Below, piece after piece: positions 39,672-48,153 of a stretch of 64,000 bases of DNA. Under the pieces are notes generated by a model, which saw nothing but the letters and a program-made list of their open reading frames with translations, was not told the DNA's origin and did not search any database. The DNA comes from an uncultured cyanobacterium (GTDB lineage: Bacteria > Cyanobacteriota > Cyanobacteriia > Cyanobacteriales > CAWCAG01). The first letter of the stretch is position 1. Every line of letters starts with the position of its first letter. A program made the position numbers and the translations under genes. The stretch spans positions 64,001-128,000 of the forward strand of contig CAWCAG010000005.1 of the NCBI GenBank assembly GCA_963793425.1. Direction: 5' to 3'.

Positions 39672-41014
39672 TGTAAAAAATACTCCTTCGCTAAGCTTAA
39701 GTAATAATCCCGTGCGGTTTTATTTTTGTAGGTAGCCGGGATACGAGAAAAGGCGGCATCAGCTATATGAGCGTAGCTTGGTACGTCGAAAATGTGAAGG
39801 TCTTTTTTAGATGAAGTATAACGGGGATAAAAATAGGGAAGCAAATCAAATTTATGCTCTTTCTTTGCTTTTTGGATGATGTCTTGTATTGCTTTGTTAG
39901 CTGTATTTCTAGCCGCATCAGTAATCTTTTCACCATTGAAGAAAATCGGCAGGGCAATCGGCCCTCCATCTTTACGCTTTTCTTGCACGTCTGAAATATA
40001 TTTACTGATAGCTACAGCAGCATTTTCTAATGAAAAAATATTGTTGTGTTTGGTAGGTATAAAAACCACATCTGCTGCATAGATGGCGCTAATACTAAAA
40101 AACCTCCAATTTGGAGGCGAATCAATTAAGATATAGTCGTATTGTGATTTCAAACTACCTAGAAACTGACGCAATCGAAAACGCTTAAGATTTTGCCTTA
40201 AATCATCTTCTCCCATGTTTGAAAATTCTTCGTTAGCCGGAATAACATCAAAAATAAAGTCCTTATTGAGTTTTTTGAAATGAATTTTATAAGGACGCAC
40301 TACATCCTCAAACGGAACTTGATTCTTTTTATCTGCTAAGCAAGAGTAAAAAGTTACTTTTCCTGGTTTAATGCCTAATGAGTTAGTTAAGTCTTGTTGG
40401 TTAGGATCAAAATCAACAACTAAAACCTTTTTTCCTTTAATTGCTAAGACAGAAGCAAGATTAACTGTAGTTGTTGTTTTGCCTACTCCCCCTTTATTAT
40501 TATAAACTGCAACCGTTAATGCCCTGGGAGTATTTTTAATATTATTGGCAATCTTTTGGACATTTTCATTAACATTATCCGTGGTGATTTCTAGACATTG
40601 GGTAGCAGGATAAATAACCTTACCGTGCTTTCTAAATAACTGAATATGAGACGAGTTGGTAATAATTCCCCACTGCACGCTTTTACAATTTGGCGATAAT
40701 AAATAACGACGAATTTGTTTAACCGTAGATTTATATTGAGAAGAACCTTCAGCAAGATTAACATCTTTACCCTTAAGCTCAACTAATACAGAAGGGTTAG
40801 CTTTAGTTTGGAGAAAGATATCATCCTGAGTATTATGACGCAGGGCATAATCAACTGCATCATTCCCCCTCCCTGTAGAATATTGAGGAACCCTTTCCAT
40901 AAGATCAAAACCAAGGGCATTGAGAAAATCTGGAATAAAAATCTGGTCTACAATTGCCTCTGGTTCACGGTTAGGTAAATTTAGCAATGTTTGTTTGAGG
41001 GCTTGGTCGTTCAT
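39668..41014 (-). CDS. HsdR N-terminal-like nuclease fused to ParA/Soj ATPase
   Basis: VDYAL...LVELK...QIRRY...GIITN; KGGVGKTT, VDFDP, ILIDSPP; ATGA overlap with the next gene. Confidence 0.85.
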   Translation of the reverse strand: MNDQALKQTLLNLPNREPEAIVDQIFIPDFLNALGFDLMERVPQYSTGRGNDAVDYALRHNTQDDIFLQTKANPSVLVELKGKDVNLAEGSSQYKSTVKQIRRYLLSPNCKSVQWGIITNSSHIQLFRKHGKVIYPATQCLEITTDNVNENVQKIANNIKNTPRALTVAVYNNKGGVGKTTTTVNLASVLAIKGKKVLVVDFDPNQQDLTNSLGIKPGKVTFYSCLADKKNQVPFEDVVRPYKIHFKKLNKDFIFDVIPANEEFSNMGEDDLRQNLKRFRLRQFLGSLKSQYDYILIDSPPNWRFFSISAIYAADVVFIPTKHNNIFSLENAAVAISKYISDVQEKRKDGGPIALPIFFNGEKITDAARNTANKAIQDIIQKAKKEHKFDLLPYFYPRYTSSKKDLHIFDVPSYAHIADAAFSRIPATYKNKTARDYYLSLAKEYFLQ

Positions 41015-41406
41015 AATTTAGTTACGTTTAACGAGCCTTAATCTTCTCTTATGATAGATATTTTATCTCATTATATTCACCACAGGTATTTATAAAAAGA
41101 GTAAAATAATCAAGGAAAAACACTGAAGAATTATTTTGCTAATCCCTCATTGTTATGAAAAGGACAAATTTTGCGATTCGCCAAAAACAAGTAGTCGTAC
41201 AAAATTGTTTGTCTATTTCTTGTTCATCTCTTCCCTTTCACAATATTTTTTCTGATCACAAATACAGTAGGGGTTTTCTCTAAAAAAATAGCTTGTATCA
41301 ACTAACTGACAAAGCTTCTAGAGATTTCCCCTCCGGACAGGGACAAAATCAGGAACAATTTGACAATATCTACCAAAATTTAACAACTAGCCATCAAAAA
41401 CCCAAA

Positions 41407-42696
41407 ATGATCCAAACATCAACCAAACTCCCCTCTTCCACCCATCAATTCGCCGATGTTATTCATCGCCTAGAAGCTGGTGGCTCAATGCTACCAGATA
41501 CTCCAGAAAACCTCATGCAGATCATCGGCATCTACAAAGCCTATGCTGTACCGATGGATTTTTACTGGCGAGACTTGCTTTATATCGCAGAAAGAATATT
41601 TCTCAAACCTCTGCCCTTCTTTAAATACTTCCTGCCCCAAGAATATTTAGACTTGCATAATCATTATGCTGGTGAAGATGCTGATTTAAGAATTTGGCGA
41701 GGAGAGGCAACCGCCCATCCTGAATTACTAGAGTTTATGGAAAAAGGGGAAACCGTCAAAATGCCCAAACTCTTCCATCATCTCTGGCATGATCGCATCA
41801 ATATGGAGTTTGCAGAAGCTTGTATGCGGGCAATGCTGTGGCATGGCAGGGATATGGACTTGGGTAAGTTTGATGCTTACCTTGATACTGATGAATACAA
41901 AGCTAACGCAGATAAGGCAATCAAAGCCTACTTTAAAAAAAATCCTGCCATGTTGGGGCTATATAAACTCTTCCCTGATATGTTCCTTGAACAAGTAAGG
42001 CAGCTATCCTACTACTCTAACCTAGGTTTATTCTGGGAAGTTATGGCTCCAGTCTTTTTTGAAATGTCTGATGTTTACGATGAAGGCGGGTTTAAAGGTG
42101 TCCCTGATGCGATGAACTTTTTGGTTAATGGCATTTTCGCTGTTGCAGGCAGACCAATTTACCACCATGCTTATATTGATGGGGAATGCTACGAAATTAT
42201 CCCCAAATCAAAGGGGTTTACCTGGTTATACGAAGCTGCATTACCCTACGTCGAAGCTGTCTTTTATCGCACTGCCCCTTTCCGTGGCACAAAGTCCTAC
42301 AATGCCCAAGCAAAACAAGTTCCTGAACAGCAAAAAGATTTCCACTACGGCATCTTATACGCTGATGTTTTCCCCGTTGGTACGGCAGGTATTCCCCCAA
42401 CATTATTAATGGATGATATGTATCATTTTCTGCCTGATTATCTTCAGGAATACTATCAAAAACATTGTCGAGGGGAAGAAGATATTTTGATTCAACTCGG
42501 AGTTACTTTTCAACGTTCAATGTACAACGTTACCTCCGCAGTAATCCAAGCATTGCGTCAAGCTTTGTTATATCCTTTAGATGACCAAAACCCCAAACAT
42601 TTACGCAAAAATCGCGCCTTTTTTGAATCGCAAATAGACCGTTTTTTGCGTCCTGAAGCTCGGTTAAAAGATATTCAATCTCAAGATTATCGGTAG
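41407..42696 (+). CDS. cupA: CO2 hydration protein CupA (ChpY)
   Basis: HRLEAGGSMLPDTPENL, HLWHDRINMEFAE, SYNAQA, GTAGIPPTLL; about 430 aa from ATG 41407. Confidence 0.92.
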   Translation: MIQTSTKLPSSTHQFADVIHRLEAGGSMLPDTPENLMQIIGIYKAYAVPMDFYWRDLLYIAERIFLKPLPFFKYFLPQEYLDLHNHYAGEDADLRIWRGEATAHPELLEFMEKGETVKMPKLFHHLWHDRINMEFAEACMRAMLWHGRDMDLGKFDAYLDTDEYKANADKAIKAYFKKNPAMLGLYKLFPDMFLEQVRQLSYYSNLGLFWEVMAPVFFEMSDVYDEGGFKGVPDAMNFLVNGIFAVAGRPIYHHAYIDGECYEIIPKSKGFTWLYEAALPYVEAVFYRTAPFRGTKSYNAQAKQVPEQQKDFHYGILYADVFPVGTAGIPPTLLMDDMYHFLPDYLQEYYQKHCRGEEDILIQLGVTFQRSMYNVTSAVIQALRQALLYPLDDQNPKHLRKNRAFFESQIDRFLRPEARLKDIQSQDYR

Positions 42697-42700
42697 CAGC

Positions 42701-42726
42701 TTAGAAGGTGCGATCGCACCTTCTAA
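42701..42726. repeat. Perfect 26-bp palindrome centred on HIP1, directly after the cupA stop
   Basis: ttagaaggtGCGATCGCaccttctaa. Confidence 0.85.
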
Positions 42727-43194
42727 TTTCAAATTAGTAATGAGAGTTTCTTGTCGCTTTAAAATAGTTACTTGATTGGTGATGAAGTTGATTTTTATTA
42801 AAATATTGGTAATCTGATTAATAAGAATTAGCGAAGTTATTCTGAGGAACTGAAAGTTCTGAGAAAAGAGGTGTTGCGAAATGATGCTGCCTTAATCCGA
42901 GAGCAGTATCTTAGGAGGAAACTTATTGGCAAAGGCAATGTTGCTGTTGCTGAGATTCACCTCAAAGGTAGCATTACTTTGTATAGAAATACAAGTTTTT
43001 TGGGACTTGCCATATCCCCCCTAATCTTTTCTGAGGTAGAAGTTAATGATGAAGTTAGCATTAAGCAATTCTGCAAGCAATAATTTAGCCTTGTTTAATA
43101 ATCTACCCAGTCATTTCAAAACCAAACTAGCTGAGATATGGCAAAATTCTTATGGGGAACTTTATGAACCAGTAAGCTGTTAAGCATTTAAACT

Positions 43195-43614
43195 GTGGAC
43201 TTTGATATAAATAAGGTTGTCTCAAGTATCTCAGTAAAGACTGAAAAAAAGTTAGGAAGTTTGCAAATATTATATGAAGCTTTAGATGTTTATCTTAGTG
43301 CAGCAAAAACTCTTGATGAAAATCAGTCATTAGAGGCGTTGATGGATATTTTAGATGGCTGTTTGGAAGGTTATGCTCTATTCGGCGGTTCCGCTGGGAG
43401 GCGAGATTTATTTAACTGGTGGTTGTTAGATGTGGTTCCCGCAAGCTGGAGTTTGCAACCTCCAACTTCTTTTTGCAAAGTAAATAATTCACCAAATACA
43501 AAGATAATAGTATCTCGTCAAAAAGAAATATTAGATAGGCTTCTTAGTATTATCACTGACGAGAGTACTTTTTTGACCTTTTATTACGACAGTAGAAGAT
43601 TTGAAGCTTATTGA
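43195..43614 (+). CDS. Hypothetical protein, possibly the 3' remnant of a decayed gene
   Basis: 139-aa ORF in an AT-rich tract, preceded by a short same-strand ORF at 42871-43083. Confidence 0.4.
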   Translation: MDFDINKVVSSISVKTEKKLGSLQILYEALDVYLSAAKTLDENQSLEALMDILDGCLEGYALFGGSAGRRDLFNWWLLDVVPASWSLQPPTSFCKVNNSPNTKIIVSRQKEILDRLLSIITDESTFLTFYYDSRRFEAY

Positions 43615-43630
43615 TTTTGGATAGTTATGA

Positions 43631-44032
43631 TCATCCCATCAAAATAACATTATCAATAACGTGAATCACGCCATTATCTGCTTCAATATCAGCAGCAATT
43701 ACTGTGGCATTTTTCACTTCAAAATTATCAGAGCAATCAATAGAAATAGGTGCGCCTTCTAAAGAAATAACTGAGTCAACTTCTGCTAAATCAGCTTTCA
43801 TTAACTTACCGGAAACAACGTGATAAGTGAGGATTCGGGCTAATTGCGGGATATTCTGTACTAAAGTTTGAATTGTTCCTGGAGGAAGCTTCGCAAAAGC
43901 AGCATCTGTGGGGGCAAATACAGTAAATGGACCAGGACTTTTTAGAGCTTCAACTAAATTAGCTGCTTTAACCGCAGTTACTAAGGTGCTAAAGCCTTCT
44001 GTATTTACAGCAATGTCAACAATATCAGCCAT
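43631..44032 (-). CDS. cupS: Fasciclin (FAS1) domain protein, CupS-like
   Basis: [28 protein letters not shown]; 133 aa, no signal peptide; near cupA. Confidence 0.8.
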   Translation of the reverse strand: MADIVDIAVNTEGFSTLVTAVKAANLVEALKSPGPFTVFAPTDAAFAKLPPGTIQTLVQNIPQLARILTYHVVSGKLMKADLAEVDSVISLEGAPISIDCSDNFEVKNATVIAADIEADNGVIHVIDNVILMG

Positions 44033-44161
44033 ATTTTTAAATTAAAATGTCCAGCATTTATTTCATTAATATTAAACTATATCAAGGAAAGATTCTGCTT
44101 AGACCACTTATCATACTCAAATTGCTTTGACAACGAGTAACTCTTGCCCTATTATATGAAT

Positions 44162-44224
44162 GTGTGAGGAGCGAACCAGTTGAGAAGACCGAGACGAAAC
44201 ACGGCCAGTCGTCGGTCTTCTTTC
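44162..44224 (+). ncRNA. Probable Yfr2-family small RNA
   Basis: -10 tattat at 44150-44155; 5' gtgtgaggag; stem gaagaccga...tcggtcttc enclosing gacgaaacacggccagtc; T-tail. Family assigned from recalled motifs. Confidence 0.7.
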
Positions 44225-44264
44225 TGATCATAATTAAAGGGTAAAATAATACCTCCCAATCTTC

Positions 44265-46682
44265 CTACTTTAAGTAAGCAACAGTCACCCCTGCCCCCCC
44301 TTCATTTTGCGGCGCTAACTCAAAACGTTCTACTTGGGGATGTTGGCGCAAGAATTCTTGAACTCCTTGGCGTAAGCGCCCTGTGCCTTTACCATGAATA
44401 ATCCAGATAACGTTGCCAGAAACCGCAATAGAAGCGATTCCATCATCTAATTGCCTTTCTGCATCTGCTACTCTTTCCCCGCGAATATCTACAGTATTTT
44501 GGGAAGTTCTCACCGTCGGGGCGTTTTTCTTGCTAGCTGCTTGGGCAGGGACAGAAGAAGACTTTTGTTTAACCGAGACTTCTGCTTTCTTGCCATCTAA
44601 AGATTCAATTTCTCCTAAAGAAACATTCATCTTCATCAAGCCGAAGCGAACAAATAATTCTCCATCACTATCGGGAGTACTTAAAACCTCCGCTGTTTGT
44701 CCTAAGCGAGGAATGCGGACTCTTTCACCGATTTGGGGTTGATAACCTGGTTTGGGAGGTTTGGGTTTATCTTGCTGTGGTAACTTAGTTGCAGCAATTT
44801 TATTGAGTGCTGCCGTTGCTTTCTGGGCATTTTGACCAATTTTGGGCTTTTGTTGCAAATCCCTAATTACTTGGGCAACTTCTTCTTTTGCTTCAGTAAG
44901 TACCTTAGTAATTGCTTGTTCTTGGGCAAGTTTCAAATCTTTTTCCCTGGCTTCTAAAGTACGAGCTTTTGCTAAAATCTGCTCATAAAACTTTTCTGCT
45001 TCTTGAACTAATTTTTTGGCTTGTTGCGCTTTTCCTTCCTGTTCTCTTCTTTGGGCTTCTAAGCCAGCGATGACTTCATTGACATCACTATTAACTTCTC
45101 CCATCAAGCCTTGTGCTTTCTCTACAACCTCTGTAGGCAAGCCCAAACGTTGGGCAATGGTTAAAGCGTTGGAACGTCCAGGAATGCCCCAAAGAAGGCG
45201 GTAAGTGGGGGAAAGGCTTTGATCATCAAATTCTACTGAAGCATTTTCAAACCGTTCATCTTCATACTTCAGAGCCTTGAGTTCTCCATAATGAGTGGTG
45301 GCGATGGTAAGCTGAACTCGCTCTGCTAAATATTTTAATAAGGCGATCGCTAAAGCGCTTCCTTCAGCAGGATCTGTACCTGCACCCACTTCATCTAGTA
45401 AAATTAAATGAGGTTGAGGGGAAGAATGCTCATTTTGAGAGGAAATAGCTTCTATTACCCTAATGATACGGCGGATGTGACCAGAAAAAGTAGATAAACT
45501 TTGCTCCAAAGACTGTTCGTCACCAATATCGGCCAAAACCTGCTCAAACCAAGGCAATTCTACAGGTTCAGTGGCAGGGACAAAAATACCTGCTTTCGCC
45601 ATTAATGCTGTTAAACCCAAGGTTTTCAGGGTTACGGTTTTGCCCCCTGTATTTGGTCCGGTGATGGCAACAACTCTAATTTGTGGTTCAATTTGCACAT
45701 TAATCGGAACCACTTCTGTTCCCTGTTCATGCTTTTGTTGCCAAACTAGTAAGGGATGGCGTAGGTTGCGTAGGGTGATGGTTTCACCTTGTTGCCAATT
45801 AACAAAATTTGGTACATTTCCTTCTAACCACAGGCTATAACGGGCTTTGGCTGTGGTTAAATCCAAAGTTGTTGCTACAAACAATAAATGTTCTAAATCT
45901 TCTTTAATCTCCCCTATCTGCTCTGTTAACCCTCGTAAAACCACTTCTTCTTCATTTTTTTCCTGACGCTGTAATTGACGTTGTTGGTTGCCTAAATTAA
46001 CTACACTTCTTGGCTCTACAAACAAGGTTGCCCCAGTACTAGAAGTGTCGTGAACTATACCAGGAATAGCATCTTTTTTAGGGGCTTTCACTGCTAAAAC
46101 AAAGCGATCGCTCCTTTGGGTAACGACCTGTTGTTGTAAGGCGCTGCCTTGCCGCTGCATAATATTCTGAAGCTTCTGATAAATCTGCCCTCGCAAGGCT
46201 TTAAGTCGCCCCCGAATCTCCCCTAACTTAACGCTAGCGCGATCACTAACCTGCCCCCTTTCATCAATGCAACGATGAATTTCCTGCTCAAATTCTGGAT
46301 AGGTACGTAATTGGGTAACTAAAGCTTTTAAGTTAGGAATTTCTTCTGGTTGGTCATCAATTAAGCGACGCAAGCGCCTCATCGCAGCTAAGGTTGTAGC
46401 AAGAGCAAGTAATTCCTCCCCCGTAAGCACTCCTCCCAATTCTGCCCTAGCAAGGGAGTCACCAAAATCTTCAATACCTTCAAAAGATAACCCTTGTAGC
46501 AAGCGCAATTCCAACTCATAAACTTCTTGAGTTTGAGCGATTAATTTTCGGCTTTCTTCTTGACTATCACTAGGTTTTAGGTTTTCAGCAGCTACCATAC
46601 CTAGCTTAGTAGAAGCAAAAGTAGCTAAGTGTTGGCACAAACGGGGCCATTCTAATAATGCTAGTGTTTCTGATTGAATCAA
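44265..46682 (-). CDS. mutS2: Endonuclease MutS2
   Basis: ITGPNTGGKT, SLSTFSGH, LLDEVGAGTDP, C-terminal Smr IIHGKGTG. Confidence 0.96.
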   Translation of the reverse strand: MIQSETLALLEWPRLCQHLATFASTKLGMVAAENLKPSDSQEESRKLIAQTQEVYELELRLLQGLSFEGIEDFGDSLARAELGGVLTGEELLALATTLAAMRRLRRLIDDQPEEIPNLKALVTQLRTYPEFEQEIHRCIDERGQVSDRASVKLGEIRGRLKALRGQIYQKLQNIMQRQGSALQQQVVTQRSDRFVLAVKAPKKDAIPGIVHDTSSTGATLFVEPRSVVNLGNQQRQLQRQEKNEEEVVLRGLTEQIGEIKEDLEHLLFVATTLDLTTAKARYSLWLEGNVPNFVNWQQGETITLRNLRHPLLVWQQKHEQGTEVVPINVQIEPQIRVVAITGPNTGGKTVTLKTLGLTALMAKAGIFVPATEPVELPWFEQVLADIGDEQSLEQSLSTFSGHIRRIIRVIEAISSQNEHSSPQPHLILLDEVGAGTDPAEGSALAIALLKYLAERVQLTIATTHYGELKALKYEDERFENASVEFDDQSLSPTYRLLWGIPGRSNALTIAQRLGLPTEVVEKAQGLMGEVNSDVNEVIAGLEAQRREQEGKAQQAKKLVQEAEKFYEQILAKARTLEAREKDLKLAQEQAITKVLTEAKEEVAQVIRDLQQKPKIGQNAQKATAALNKIAATKLPQQDKPKPPKPGYQPQIGERVRIPRLGQTAEVLSTPDSDGELFVRFGLMKMNVSLGEIESLDGKKAEVSVKQKSSSVPAQAASKKNAPTVRTSQNTVDIRGERVADAERQLDDGIASIAVSGNVIWIIHGKGTGRLRQGVQEFLRQHPQVERFELAPQNEGGAGVTVAYLK

Positions 46683-46766
46683 GGCTTATACTGCTTTGCA
46701 CCAACTCAAAAGTATCTCTTTCTTTATTATTAACAATTTTCGTGGTTGATTGCTAATGGCTCATGG

Positions 46767-47156
46767 TTAATAGAGTTTTTTGTTAATGAAAAGTCCTTCT
46801 TTGGCATGGAAATAAATGGGATCAGGAGAAATGGCGATCGCTCTTTGATAGCATTCCTGGGCATTACCATAAGCACCCATTTCCTGGAATAGCTGCCCCC
46901 TATTGAACCAAGCTTGATGATATTGAGGATTGAGGGCAACAGCACGATCATAAGCAGCAAGGGCCTGGCCGTATTGCTTAAGGGCAGATAAAGCATTACC
47001 ATAATTATTCCAGGCTGGACAAAACTTAGGCTCAATGGCAATAACTTGCTTGAAAGCTGCGATCGCTTCTGTGAATTCCCCTGCGGTGCAGCATTTTAAG
47101 CCTTGGGCATATAAATCTTCTTTGCTATAGTTGCGGCTTTGAGTAGTGGAGGTCAT
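46767..47156 (-). CDS. TPR protein
   Basis: AWNNYGNAL, AWFNRG repeats. Confidence 0.85.
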   Translation of the reverse strand: MTSTTQSRNYSKEDLYAQGLKCCTAGEFTEAIAAFKQVIAIEPKFCPAWNNYGNALSALKQYGQALAAYDRAVALNPQYHQAWFNRGQLFQEMGAYGNAQECYQRAIAISPDPIYFHAKEGLFINKKLY

Positions 47157-47221
47157 AGTTAAATCTTATTTTCTAAATGTTATCCTAATCTAATGACAAA
47201 CTTAAATTCAAAATTAAAACT

Positions 47222-47413
47222 ATGATTCTTCCTGGAGCTACAGTTCGTGTTAGCAATTCTGAAGATACTTACTTTCAGTTTCAAGGTATAGTACAACGAG
47301 TTAGTGATAATCAGGCTGCTGTTTTGTTTGAAGATGGTAACTGGGATAAGCTAGTTACCTTTAAGGTTGCTGAATTAGAGTCTGTAGATTTAAAGAAAGG
47401 CAAGAAAAAGTAA
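47222..47413 (+). CDS. ndhS: NDH-1 subunit NdhS
   Basis: [10 protein letters not shown]...VQRVSD...[14 protein letters not shown]. Confidence 0.9.
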   Translation: MILPGATVRVSNSEDTYFQFQGIVQRVSDNQAAVLFEDGNWDKLVTFKVAELESVDLKKGKKK

Positions 47414-47469
47414 CTAATGAGCGTATATAGACACACAACTTAGCTAAACACTTTTAACTTGTACTTGTC

Positions 47470-48138
47470 ATGCGCCTTCCCCTACCTCAATTTGCCACTG
47501 ATAATCGTCCCGATAATTACATAGCAGAGGTAATCGAAACTACCACTACAGAATTTTTAGCTCAATGTTTAGAACCAGAAGAGTTAAGTTTTCCTGCTAT
47601 GCCTCCTTTTGGTAGCTGGGTGAAATCTAGAGATGAAGAATCTGGCAACAAAGTTTTAGCGGTTGTCACCTATGCTACCACCAGTCCTATTGATTCTGTC
47701 CATCGCGCTAGGGCTTTAGGATTATCTTTAGAAGAGTTGCGCGAACAACAACCTCAGATTTTTGCAATGCTCAAAACTGAGTTTCGTTCAGCGATTGTCG
47801 GCTTTGAAGTGCCACAATCTTCTGGTCATGCTAACAATGGTAGTAGTGGCAGAGTTTATCAATATTTGCCCCCGCGCCCCCCTCAAATTCACCAAGCAGT
47901 TTACCGCTGCGATGATGATGAAGTGATTCGTTTTAGCGAAAATCTCGATTTCCTGAGAACTTTGTTAGTTGTTCAAGGAGTACCTGTAGAGTCTTTAGCG
48001 GCTGCGGCAATACGAGAAATTTATCGTTTACGTCAAGGAGATCGTCAGTGGTTAGTTAATGCCGGGAGAACGTTAAGTTTGCTACTTAAAGATGATTATG
48101 AGCGCTTGCAGTATATTTTGAGTCAAATTCATTGGTAA
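47470..48138 (+). CDS. HAS-barrel domain protein (conserved cyanobacterial)
   Basis: IAEVIET, MPPFGSWV, QYLPPRPPQIHQAV. Confidence 0.7.
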   Translation: MRLPLPQFATDNRPDNYIAEVIETTTTEFLAQCLEPEELSFPAMPPFGSWVKSRDEESGNKVLAVVTYATTSPIDSVHRARALGLSLEELREQQPQIFAMLKTEFRSAIVGFEVPQSSGHANNGSSGRVYQYLPPRPPQIHQAVYRCDDDEVIRFSENLDFLRTLLVVQGVPVESLAAAAIREIYRLRQGDRQWLVNAGRTLSLLLKDDYERLQYILSQIHW

Positions 48139-48153
48139 GAAAATTAATAGCGA

